Of a DNA stretch of 64,000 nt, positions 8,040-17,050 are shown one piece after another (the first letter of the stretch is position 1; every line of letters starts with the position of its first letter). This stretch comes from an uncultured Methanosarcinales archaeon. GTDB taxonomy: Archaea > Nanobdellota > Nanobdellia > Woesearchaeales > JACPBV01. The position numbers and the translations under genes were made by a program. The notes under the pieces were generated by a model. It did no database searches, was not told where the DNA came from, and worked only from the letters and a program-made list of their open reading frames with translations. Location: the NCBI GenBank assembly GCA_964618315.1, contig CAZTWQ010000001.1, forward strand, positions 6,877 through 70,876, written 5' to 3'.

Positions 8040-9992
8040 TCATGTTAATATCCCTAAGATAGGGAATACATAATTTGATAATGCCCCGAAGATTAAAGCA
8101 ATTATTATTGTTGCCAGAATTATATATGTTGCTCTTTTCCAACCTACTTCTCTGCCAAGAACAGCTATCGTGGCTACACAAGGTATGTATAATGATGTCA
8201 CTAAGCTGAATACGAAAATCTGTAATGGGGTTAAGAATGATAAGAGGTTACTTGTGCCGCCTATTGCAATCAGCATCTCTAAAGCCATCTCTTTTCTAAA
8301 GATTCCAAATAGTAATGTGATTCCTGCACTTGCTGGCAGGCCTAATAATCCCTGCATGATCGGTTCAAAAGGTTTCATTAAATAAATCAATAGATTGTAT
8401 TCTGTTAGTATGCCGATTAATGCTGCTCCTGCGATTAAAAGTGGGAATGCGATGTAAACAAAATCCTTAAGTCTTATCCATGTTTTTTTTATTATACCTT
8501 TTATAGATGGTAATCTGAAAGGGGGCATCTCTAGTATTAATCCTGTGTGTTCGCCAGGTAATAGTTTTCCTAAGACATATCCTGCTGCAAAGATTACGAT
8601 CAAGTCTATTGCATATATTAATAATGCAAATTGCCAGCCTACATATTTTGCAGTTGCCCCTAATATTACTGCAGTTACTGCAGAACATGGTACTAAACAG
8701 ACCATCACTATTGTTATGAAACGCTCTCTGAATGAAGATAATGTTCTTGTTGAAAGGATTGCAGGTACGTTGCAGCCAAAGCCAAGCATCATAGGTATGG
8801 TTGATTTACCATGTAGTTTTAATCTGTGCATTACCCTATCTAATAAATATGCCATCCTTGTTAAATATCCTGAATCTTCTAAGATACCCATCATTATGTA
8901 GAATACTGTGATATAAGGGATTGCTATTGCTAAGCCTGATTCTATACCAACTATGAAGCCATGTTCAAGAAGAACTTTTATGAAATTAATAGGGATTGTA
9001 CCTATTATAATTCTGAATATAGGTGCAATGTAAGTTTGAAAAGAGTTTATTAAGACTTGTTCAAGGTTGCCTCCAACTGTGAAAAGAGTATAGAACATTA
9101 TAGCTAATATTGATATTAAGATTGGAATTCCTGTTTTTGGTTCTATTGTCAGTCTGCTTAATCTTTCTCTGAGATTTATATTATTCTTTTTTCCTATCTG
9201 TGTTACTTTTTTTGCAATCAAAGATGATTCCCCATGACGATCTTTTGATATGTATGTAGGAATATCATGGAATTTTTTGTATCTTGAGATTGTCTTTTCT
9301 ACCCTTCCTTTTCGCCTTATTTCATGCCATGGAAGGGAACTACCTTCCAGAAGATCCAATATAATTTCCCGTTTGTTTTCTGTTAATACTTTTAGATCCT
9401 GGATAAGGTTTTCTATATGATCATCATATTTTGGTTTAAAGTAATTGAATCTAATCTTTTTGTTGATTACTTCTTCACATTTTTTTGCGAGTTTTTCTAT
9501 GCCTTTTCCGTTTAAGCAGTCTACTTCTACAACTGGAACTCCAAGTGTTTTGCTTAATTCTTTTGAGTTTATTATAATGCCTTTGTCCCTTGCTTCTTCT
9601 ATAAAATTTAGGGCTATAACTACAGGTAATTTATGCTCTATCAATTGTAATGTGAGATATAGGTTTCTTTCAAGATTGTTTGCATCTATCACATTTACTA
9701 TAACTGATGGTTTTCGGCATATGATATAATCTCTTGTCACTTTTTCATCTTCAGAAGACTCGCCAAAAGAATAAGATCCAGGCAGATCTGTTATCTTTAT
9801 ATCCTTAAAATATTTTAGATTTGTCAATCCACTCATGACATCTACTGTAGTTCCTGGATAGTTAGAGACTGTTGCACCAATGCCTGTAAATTGATTAAAG
9901 AGGCAGCTTTTACCAACATTGGGGTTAGCTACTAAAGCTATCTCTTTACTAAATTTTAGTTCATCTAATTTAGGTATAGTATGACATTTCAT
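8040..9992 (-). CDS. feoB: ferrous iron transporter FeoB
   Basis: N-terminal G-domain (GNPNVGKS, DLPG) followed by a polytopic membrane domain; 650 aa. Confidence 0.9.
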   Translation of the reverse strand: MKCHTIPKLDELKFSKEIALVANPNVGKSCLFNQFTGIGATVSNYPGTTVDVMSGLTNLKYFKDIKITDLPGSYSFGESSEDEKVTRDYIICRKPSVIVNVIDANNLERNLYLTLQLIEHKLPVVIALNFIEEARDKGIIINSKELSKTLGVPVVEVDCLNGKGIEKLAKKCEEVINKKIRFNYFKPKYDDHIENLIQDLKVLTENKREIILDLLEGSSLPWHEIRRKGRVEKTISRYKKFHDIPTYISKDRHGESSLIAKKVTQIGKKNNINLRERLSRLTIEPKTGIPILISILAIMFYTLFTVGGNLEQVLINSFQTYIAPIFRIIIGTIPINFIKVLLEHGFIVGIESGLAIAIPYITVFYIMMGILEDSGYLTRMAYLLDRVMHRLKLHGKSTIPMMLGFGCNVPAILSTRTLSSFRERFITIVMVCLVPCSAVTAVILGATAKYVGWQFALLIYAIDLIVIFAAGYVLGKLLPGEHTGLILEMPPFRLPSIKGIIKKTWIRLKDFVYIAFPLLIAGAALIGILTEYNLLIYLMKPFEPIMQGLLGLPASAGITLLFGIFRKEMALEMLIAIGGTSNLLSFLTPLQIFVFSLVTSLYIPCVATIAVLGREVGWKRATYIILATIIIALIFGALSNYVFPILGILT

Positions 9993-10633
9993 TCTTCTTG
10001 TTTTTTGACATATATCTTACTGCAGATCTCGTCACCTAATGCTACTTTAGATCCTTTTATCTGAAGTTCAATAGGGCCTTTTTTTATCTTGTTGAGTATT
10101 TTTATTTTTGTTTCCGGGACTAAACCAAGAGAGTTTATCCTTTCAAGTGTTTGTTTGTTCTTGATATTTGTAAACAATACTGTGGCTTCTTTTCCAACGC
10201 AGATATTTCCAAGAAAGCATGCTTTTTTATCACTCTCAGGGATTTTGTCTCCATGCGGACATGTTTTCGGATTTTTTAGGAGCTTGTCTAGTTTTTCTAC
10301 TGCTTCTTTAGAAACACCATGCTCTAACTTGTCTGCTTCGTTATGGATCTTTTTCTTGTTTATCCCCAATATCTTTAATAAGAAGTTTTCCAGAATTTTA
10401 TGTTTGTATAATATTTTTTCTGCTTCCCCTATGCCTTTTTTTGTCAGGTTGATGCTGCTGTATAGTTTATAATCGATTAGATTGTCTTTAGCAAGCTTTT
10501 TTACCATTTCATTGACACTTGCTTTGGAGATGCTAAGGTGGTTAGCTAACTCAACAGATCTTATAGCCCGATTTTTATCTTTTTGTATCTTGTATATTGC
10601 TTTAAGATAATCTTCTTTACTTATATCTTTCAT
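9989..10633 (-). CDS. DtxR/MntR-family metal-dependent repressor fused to a FeoA domain
   Basis: N-terminal DtxR-type HTH (DYLKAIY...SVELANHLSISKASVNEMVKKL), a metal-binding region and a C-terminal SH3-like FeoA domain; overlaps feoB by 4 nt. Confidence 0.8.
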   Translation of the reverse strand: MKDISKEDYLKAIYKIQKDKNRAIRSVELANHLSISKASVNEMVKKLAKDNLIDYKLYSSINLTKKGIGEAEKILYKHKILENFLLKILGINKKKIHNEADKLEHGVSKEAVEKLDKLLKNPKTCPHGDKIPESDKKACFLGNICVGKEATVLFTNIKNKQTLERINSLGLVPETKIKILNKIKKGPIELQIKGSKVALGDEICSKIYVKKQEE

Positions 10634-10636
10634 AAA

Positions 10637-10690
10637 GTTAGGTGTGGCTAACTAATATATAAAGGTTATGATTGTTAGGTGTGGCTAACT
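10637..10690. promoter_or_regulatory. two direct copies of a DtxR-box-like site (GTTAGGTGTGGCTAACT), 37 bp apart, upstream of the dtxR-feoA/feoB operon
   Basis: Copies at 10637..10653 and 10674..10690; about 13 of 19 positions match the DtxR consensus TWAGGTWAGSCTWACCTWA. Confidence 0.4.
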
Positions 10691-11063
10691 TTATAGAACA
10701 AGAAAATTTCATAAATCATAGAGATTGTAAAATTTTTAGAAATCAAAGATCTCTAAACAGTTTAAAAATCTTTGATTTTTAAAATTTTCTCTAGTTAATA
10801 AAGTTAAAAACTTTGTTTTTATACTTTATAAACAATTTAGAAAAAAATGAAAAAAATAAGGCAAAGATGTTCTAGGGGGACTAGACATCTCTTTGCCTTC
10901 AGAGGTGTTTGTTTTTAGTATGATTGATCCTTGGTTTGAGGAAACCAAAGCCCAATTATCTTAAATCACTATATAATGTATGAGGTAGGCATTTATTAAT
11001 ACATTATGAAATGATGATAAAGAACAAGAATCCATAAAGTTTATAAAGAGAAAATGGGTATGT

Positions 11064-11750
11064 ATGAGTATGGCATATATATTTGGTCCAAGTTGGTTCT
11101 ATGGGATTGATTATGTATTTGACTTAGTTTCAGTTATAGTTGGTCTGCTTATATCTTATTTTTCATATAAGACTTATAGATATACATCACAAAAGAAATA
11201 CCTTTATTTTGCTTCTTCGTTTTTTTTAGTAGCTATAGCTTTTGTAAGTAAGATATTAGCAACTATACCAGTTTATTCCAAGGAATTGCAGGTTGAAACT
11301 GTTGGGCTGGTGACGGTCACTTCTCAGATTATTAAGAAGGCTGTTTGGGCAAATCAATTCGGGATATCCATTGCTCGTTTGGTAATGTTGGTTGCTTTTT
11401 TGATACTATTACTAGTCGCTTTAAAGGTAAAGGATAAAAAAATAATTGCATTGTTTGTGTATTTTCTTATAATATCTACAACTTTAGTGAGTCAATCATA
11501 TATTGTATTTCATCTGACTTTGTTGATTATGATGGGGATATTGTTTTTGAATTATAAATGCAATTATCTGAAAAAGAAAAGTTTTAATTCTAAATTAGTT
11601 ATGAGTTCATTCTTTTTATTACTTGTAAGCCAGATATTTTTTGTATTTGAGGGATTAGTAGAGCATTTCTATGTAATGGGTGAGAGTGTACAATTATTAG
11701 GTTACTTAACATTATTATTTGCTATGGGAAAGATGTTGTTGAAAAAATGA
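11064..11750 (+). CDS. hypothetical polytopic membrane protein
   Basis: 228 aa with several hydrophobic segments. Confidence 0.45.
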   Translation: MSMAYIFGPSWFYGIDYVFDLVSVIVGLLISYFSYKTYRYTSQKKYLYFASSFFLVAIAFVSKILATIPVYSKELQVETVGLVTVTSQIIKKAVWANQFGISIARLVMLVAFLILLLVALKVKDKKIIALFVYFLIISTTLVSQSYIVFHLTLLIMMGILFLNYKCNYLKKKSFNSKLVMSSFFLLLVSQIFFVFEGLVEHFYVMGESVQLLGYLTLLFAMGKMLLKK

Positions 11751-11795
11751 TAATTTCAAACTCCTAAAAATTAGGAGATTTTTGGGAGATTTAAT

Positions 11796-12068
11796 ATGGG
11801 TGTCCGTAGAACAAAAATTGAGATAATATATGACATTTTAACGGCTATACAAAAAAAAGGTGGTAGGATTAAGCCGACGCACCTACTTTATAAGTCAAAC
11901 TTATCATATAAGAAGATGTTGGAGTATGTTGGTGAGTTGATGAGCAAAGATATGGTGGGTGAAGAGGAAGAGAAAGGGAAGAAGATGTATACTCTAACTG
12001 ATAAAGGTGCTAATTATATTCAGGAGTTTAAGAAGATTAAAGAGTTTAGTGATTCTTTTGGGTTGTAA
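11796..12068 (+). CDS. small winged-helix DNA-binding protein
   Basis: 90 aa with a helix-turn-helix and a wing (YKSNLSYKKMLEYVGELMSKDMV). Confidence 0.45.
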   Translation: MGVRRTKIEIIYDILTAIQKKGGRIKPTHLLYKSNLSYKKMLEYVGELMSKDMVGEEEEKGKKMYTLTDKGANYIQEFKKIKEFSDSFGL

Positions 12069-12198
12069 TGAGCTCATAAATTTCATGAGTGTGGAGAATT
12101 ATTTCTGTCCAGAAGATATTATTTCACAATTGTTTTCTACAATTGGTATGTAGAATAAGTATAAAAATGTTATTCAAAACTCACCATCTTCTTCATTT

Positions 12199-12636
12199 TT
12201 AAATAAACCTAATATGAGAATCACAAACTAAATGAGTAAACTGCCCAAACCAAAAACCAACAAAAGCCCAAGACGCAGTAATAATATTAAAAAAACCGTA
12301 ATAGATAAAAATAAGTGAAAACAAGAAAACTAACATAAATGAGGTAAAAGTAATCCCAACCATACTATGTAAAGTATTCCTATGACCTTTTCTTCTACCT
12401 GTAACGCTACTTAAGAAAAATTCAAACAACCTCATTAAGTAAGCTATTGGAAATAAAACAGTAAAGAATATCCTAGAACCCCTATTGTTACTATCAGAAT
12501 CAGGGAGTATTAAACCTATATTAAAAAGAAGAGCACCAAACATAAAACTTTGTTGATATAATTTAGAATAATTGTCGAGGTATCCTCCACCAACTACAAA
12601 AAAGATTAATATAAAGATAACTATACCTCCTACCAA
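12199..12636 (-). CDS. hypothetical membrane protein
   Basis: 145 aa and strongly hydrophobic. Confidence 0.4.
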   Translation of the reverse strand: MVGGIVIFILIFFVVGGGYLDNYSKLYQQSFMFGALLFNIGLILPDSDSNNRGSRIFFTVLFPIAYLMRLFEFFLSSVTGRRKGHRNTLHSMVGITFTSFMLVFLFSLIFIYYGFFNIITASWAFVGFWFGQFTHLVCDSHIRFI

Positions 12637-12650
12637 TATATGTTCTTTAC

Positions 12651-12938
12651 CTAAAATTCAAACCGCCTTGTTTTTTTTCTTTTAATGTATAAATCCCTAA
12701 TATTCCTTAATGAATAAAACACAATAAAGAATAAGAAGAAAAACATAACAAAAGAGTAACCTACAAATTCAGCTAAACTCCCAATTGGAGCTTTAGGCAT
12801 ATTTACAAGAATCTTCAAACCACCCAGAACGGTGAAGAAAGTTCCAACGAATAAAGCCACATAGTAAACCTTTTTTTCTTCCTCTTTATATTTAACAAGC
12901 CCTTTTAACCATTTCATTTTAAACATCCCTAAATTCAT
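12651..12938 (-). CDS. hypothetical membrane protein
   Basis: 95 aa with two TM segments. Confidence 0.4.
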   Translation of the reverse strand: MNLGMFKMKWLKGLVKYKEEEKKVYYVALFVGTFFTVLGGLKILVNMPKAPIGSLAEFVGYSFVMFFFLFFIVFYSLRNIRDLYIKRKKTRRFEF

Positions 12939-13090
12939 CCTATAGACGAGAATAGGTATTTAAACTTTCCTAAAAAAACGTCCGTTTATTTGACTAGGGG
13001 TTATTTATAAATAACTTGGGTGTTTTTGAAGTACTCTTTTTTCTATGTTAAGTTACTAATAAACCAGAATCCCTAACATAATTACATAAA

Positions 13091-14137
13091 TTATCCTGAA
13101 TAATCATATTTATTCATTTTAAATCCAGAATTAACCCTATGTCTTATTGTGCTTGGAGGTATATTAATTAGGGGTGATATTTTATAAGGAGTTAATCCTT
13201 TTTCTGTTAATTCTTTTATTCTTATATTCTGATTATTTATCTTTTCAAATCTTTTTTGATAATGATTTAAAGCATTCGAAAGTTTTTTTCTTTTTTCAGG
13301 ATGAGTAAATCCAATTAGTTTACTATATCTAAGGATTGATTTATTGCGGCCTATTGTGATAGTTGGTTCAGAAATCCTAGATTGAATTCCTAAGTCTTCC
13401 AATAGGGATTTGATGAATAGGAGCTCTTCCTCGCACTTTTGTGATCCACTAACAGAAAACATGCCTTTTTTTAGATTGAAATGGACACAACCTTCATCAT
13501 CAAAGAAAGCCTTTAGATATATTTTTTTGTATTCATCATTAGTTATTATGATAGTTTTATCAAAATTAAGAATATCTAAATGCATTAATTTGGAAGAGTA
13601 AATAAGTTGAGTTACTCCTGAACCTACTTTTGATCTTGTTGGTTTTAATCCATAAACAAAGCCCATATCATTTTCAAATTCACTTAATAATTCTTGATTT
13701 TTGTTTATGTAACTAATTACATAAGAGTTATTTTTACTAACATAACCATCAAATATTGAATGTGCATAGATCCTTACTTTTTCTTTGGTTATTTTATCAA
13801 ATCCTTTTTTAAGGGGTTTAGGATAGATAGGAAATTGAACTTTCCCCTTAATGCAATCTTTTATGAAATTTATAGAATGGCCTGTAATTTTTCTAACTTT
13901 TCTTAGAGATTTAACTTTGTTATAAATCTTACATAGATTGTCAACTTTTTGGTTTTTCTTAATTCCTGCTATTTCACTATTAGATTTTATATGAATTCCA
14001 CCCTTGATTAATCTTTTCTTAATGCCTTCTCTTGAAAGTCCAAACTTTTTTGCTAAATTAGTTAATGTTATTCTTTTATCTAAGACATATATTTTTTCAA
14101 TTTCTTTAATTATTTCTTCTGATATTTTTTTTATCAT
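13091..14137 (-). CDS. LAGLIDADG-type homing-endonuclease-like protein with N- and C-terminal HTH domains
   Basis: Two LAGLIDADG-like motifs (HSIFDGYVS and KAFFDDEGCV), an N-terminal HTH (LTNLAKKFGLSREGIKKRL) and a C-terminal HTH (GLTPYKISPLINIPPSTIRHRV). Confidence 0.6.
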   Translation of the reverse strand: MIKKISEEIIKEIEKIYVLDKRITLTNLAKKFGLSREGIKKRLIKGGIHIKSNSEIAGIKKNQKVDNLCKIYNKVKSLRKVRKITGHSINFIKDCIKGKVQFPIYPKPLKKGFDKITKEKVRIYAHSIFDGYVSKNNSYVISYINKNQELLSEFENDMGFVYGLKPTRSKVGSGVTQLIYSSKLMHLDILNFDKTIIITNDEYKKIYLKAFFDDEGCVHFNLKKGMFSVSGSQKCEEELLFIKSLLEDLGIQSRISEPTITIGRNKSILRYSKLIGFTHPEKRKKLSNALNHYQKRFEKINNQNIRIKELTEKGLTPYKISPLINIPPSTIRHRVNSGFKMNKYDYSG

Positions 14138-14299
14138 CTTAAATCACCTCCATTTAAGATTTCTTTTAATTTATTGGAAGAAATCAGGGGGGTTGAAAAA
14201 AGATACCTGAAAGCTAAACTCCATAATTGATTTTTGTGTCTGAAAGATCAAAAATCATTATTTAGGAGTTTTGCATGGTCTCTTTTTTATTAAGAGTGT

Positions 14300-14430
14300 A
14301 GAATTACTCATTTATATATCCTGCGGGGGTGTCTGGCAAGTGGCAAGTGGGTGCCTAAAACTACTGTAACCATTAAATTTAGGCTCTAGAAGGCTTCTCG
14401 CACTTGCCAAAATTTTGGCAAGTGGGATGA
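14300..14430 (+). other. conserved upstream module A: TATA-like box followed by an array of GGCAAGTG motifs (two direct, one inverted, one direct); possible divergent ncRNA or operator array
   Basis: TTTATATAT at 14311; TGGCAAGTGGCAAGTGG at 14334..14350; CACTTGCCAAAATTTTGGCAAGTGGG at 14401..14426. Roughly 80% identical to the module at 41930..42055. Confidence 0.4.
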
Positions 14431-14440
14431 TTAACTTGAG

Positions 14441-15121
14441 TTATTTCTTCTTAGGTTCCTTTACAGAACCTCTTAAATACCAAACTAGAAGGTACACAAA
14501 TGGTGTGTCTGCTAACGCTAAAACTACTTTTAGAAGATAGTATGGAATTATTAATGTGAAAAGGTATGCCACATTGAACTTAGGGCTTGTGTTTAGGGTC
14601 TGTGGGAGCCAAGGTATGTAGTATAATGCTATGAACATGAACAGGACTGAATCCAGGAATTGTGATACTATGGTTGATGCGTTGTTTCTTAGCCATAGCC
14701 ATTTTCCTTTTGTCTTTTGTTTCCAGAAGTTGAATGCCCATACATCATGGAGCTGGCTGACTATAAATGCTAGTATAGATGCTATGAAGAACCTTAAAGA
14801 CATTCCAAAAACGGGGGTGTATTGTTCTGCCTGAACATAGCTTCTTGCAGCAAAAGGCAGTTTTACAGCTATTGCTGTAATTATTAAAACAAATAACATA
14901 CAGATAAAGCCAACCCATACGAACATCTTTGTTTTTTCTTTTCCATGGACTTCTTCAACTGCATCTGTTATCAAGAATGTTATGGGGTAAGCAAATATTC
15001 CCACACTTACCTGAATAACCCAGAATTGTGTGATCTTGCCACCTATCAGATTAGCAGCTATCAGTGAAGCTACAAATAGACCAAGTAGAAGATTTGTTTT
15101 AGATTTTAAGTCCCACTTCAT
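14441..15121 (-). CDS. yhhQ: queuosine/archaeosine precursor transporter (YhhQ/VUT family, DUF165)
   Basis: AYPITFLITDAVEEVHG matches the YhhQ signature (FPxTFxxTDxxxEVYG); 226 aa, polytopic. Confidence 0.7.
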   Translation of the reverse strand: MKWDLKSKTNLLLGLFVASLIAANLIGGKITQFWVIQVSVGIFAYPITFLITDAVEEVHGKEKTKMFVWVGFICMLFVLIITAIAVKLPFAARSYVQAEQYTPVFGMSLRFFIASILAFIVSQLHDVWAFNFWKQKTKGKWLWLRNNASTIVSQFLDSVLFMFIALYYIPWLPQTLNTSPKFNVAYLFTLIIPYYLLKVVLALADTPFVYLLVWYLRGSVKEPKKK

Positions 15122-15227
15122 AGCAGGTTAGAAGATTGATGCGTTATTTATAAGCGTTTCTGTGGAGAATAATTAAAATATATTCCAAGCGAAGATTATT
15201 GAATATTTGTTTGGCTTTGCTATATTA

Positions 15228-16283
15228 TCAAGGCAATAAGCCAGAGAATAGAATTACTATGAAAATGGTGTATAATATAAGAAATATTATCCCTTCTGTG
15301 CGCCTGATCTTCCAATAACTTTTGATAAACATTAAGAGCAAGATAGTCATAGCTATCATAAATGGGGCTGAATATAGTAAGGTTGATTTGATGATTGTTA
15401 ATGGTGCTATTAATCCTGAAATGCCTATAACTAAGAAGATATTTGCAATGTTAGATCCAATAACATTACCTATAGCTATATTACCATAGCCTTTTCTTGC
15501 AGCTGATATTGAGACGCTTAGTTCTGGCAGGGATGTGCCTAACGCTATAATGCTTATGCCTATAAATGTTTGAGGTATGTTTAATATTTTTGCAAAAAAT
15601 ACTGCTTCTTGTACCAGATATTTTGCACCAAAGACAACTGCTGCTCCTGCAATTGCTGAAATAAGCAAGTCTTTGATCAGGGCTTCTTTGAATAATTGTT
15701 TTATTTCTGTTTTTTGTTTTCTTGTTATTTTGTTTTCTTTATTAGCTTTTGACATCAATCTATCTTTTATCGTAAATATATACTGGAATTTGAAGAAATA
15801 TTTTATGAATTCATTGAAATGATATTTTTCCCCTAATTCTGGTTTTAGTTCAATCAGGAAAAGGATGTAAGCAAAATAAAGTATAATGAAGATTATGGAT
15901 TCTAATTTTGAGATATTGCTGTTCAAAGCAAATACATAGAATAATAATGCTGCAAATAACATGATATATCCATCTCTTTTGAGCATATCTTCTTTTGTTT
16001 TGATTACTGCTATTGTTGCTGCTACCCCTATTATCAATCCTATATTTGCTATATTTGATCCAACTACATTGCCTATGACAATCCCGCTTTGGTTTTTTAG
16101 GGAAGCTATTACTGAAGAAGCTAATTCTGGTATGGATGTGCCTAGTGCGACTAATGTTAAACCTATGACAAACTCTGAGACGCCCAGTTTTTCTGCTATA
16201 GATGCAGCTGATTTTACGAAGAAGTCTGATCCTTTGACTAATAAGATCAAACCTGCTATGAAAATTAATATGTTTATTATCAT
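15228..16283 (-). CDS. Ca2+/Na+ antiporter (CaCA family, YrbG-like)
   Basis: Two alpha-repeat motifs (GTSIPELASSV, GTSLPELSVS; GNVVGSNIANIGL, GNVIGSNIANIFL). Confidence 0.8.
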   Translation of the reverse strand: MIINILIFIAGLILLVKGSDFFVKSAASIAEKLGVSEFVIGLTLVALGTSIPELASSVIASLKNQSGIVIGNVVGSNIANIGLIIGVAATIAVIKTKEDMLKRDGYIMLFAALLFYVFALNSNISKLESIIFIILYFAYILFLIELKPELGEKYHFNEFIKYFFKFQYIFTIKDRLMSKANKENKITRKQKTEIKQLFKEALIKDLLISAIAGAAVVFGAKYLVQEAVFFAKILNIPQTFIGISIIALGTSLPELSVSISAARKGYGNIAIGNVIGSNIANIFLVIGISGLIAPLTIIKSTLLYSAPFMIAMTILLLMFIKSYWKIRRTEGIIFLILYTIFIVILFSGLLP

Positions 16284-17050
16284 GGATTAAACTCCGTTTT
16301 ATTAATTTTTAGTAAAAAATATAATCCAACAAAAAACATCGCTATATTTAGCCATTGACCCATGGTCAATCCTAGGATAAATCCTATGCTTCCGGGGTCT
16401 TTTACAAATTCTATCATGAATCTTATTGATGAGTATAGTAAAACAAATGACCAAAACAGAGTTCCTTTCTTTAATTGTTTTTCTTTTAGGTTCCATAGGA
16501 TTGTAAATATTATTAAGTTTTTTAGGCTCTCATAGATTTGGGATGGGTGTCTGCAACCAGTATAGTTTTTGAAATATACGCACCAGGGCAGGCTTGTGAT
16601 TCTTCCAACTAATTCACTGTTTATGAAGTTGGCTATTCTTCCTAAGAAAAGGCCGAATGCTAATGGGATGACTGTAATATCTGCTAGATCATATAAATCT
16701 ATGTGCTTTTTTTTGCAGAATAAGTAACCTGCTAATACTGCTCCAACCAAACCACCATGGAAGCTTAATCCTCCCTGCCATATTGCTATCATCTTTAATG
16801 GATTTGCTGCATAATAAGCTGGTTCGTAGAAGATTATCTCAAATAATCTTGCTCCCAGAATGGTACCTATAATCAAGTAGAAGATATAATCTGCAATGTC
16901 GTCTTTGGTTAGATTGAGGTTTCTTTTGTTAGCTATATGATATATGATGAAATATGCAATCAGAAAACCTAAAGCGTAGATAATACCATAATATCTAATC
17001 TCTAATGGTCCTATCCTAAATAATGTTGGGTCTATATTATGGTAAAACAT
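16280..17050 (-). CDS. lgt: prolipoprotein diacylglyceryl transferase
   Basis: Lgt signature GGLSFHGGLVGAVLAGY and GRIANFINSE; 256 aa with 7 TM segments. Confidence 0.8.
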   Translation of the reverse strand: MFYHNIDPTLFRIGPLEIRYYGIIYALGFLIAYFIIYHIANKRNLNLTKDDIADYIFYLIIGTILGARLFEIIFYEPAYYAANPLKMIAIWQGGLSFHGGLVGAVLAGYLFCKKKHIDLYDLADITVIPLAFGLFLGRIANFINSELVGRITSLPWCVYFKNYTGCRHPSQIYESLKNLIIFTILWNLKEKQLKKGTLFWSFVLLYSSIRFMIEFVKDPGSIGFILGLTMGQWLNIAMFFVGLYFLLKINKTEFNP

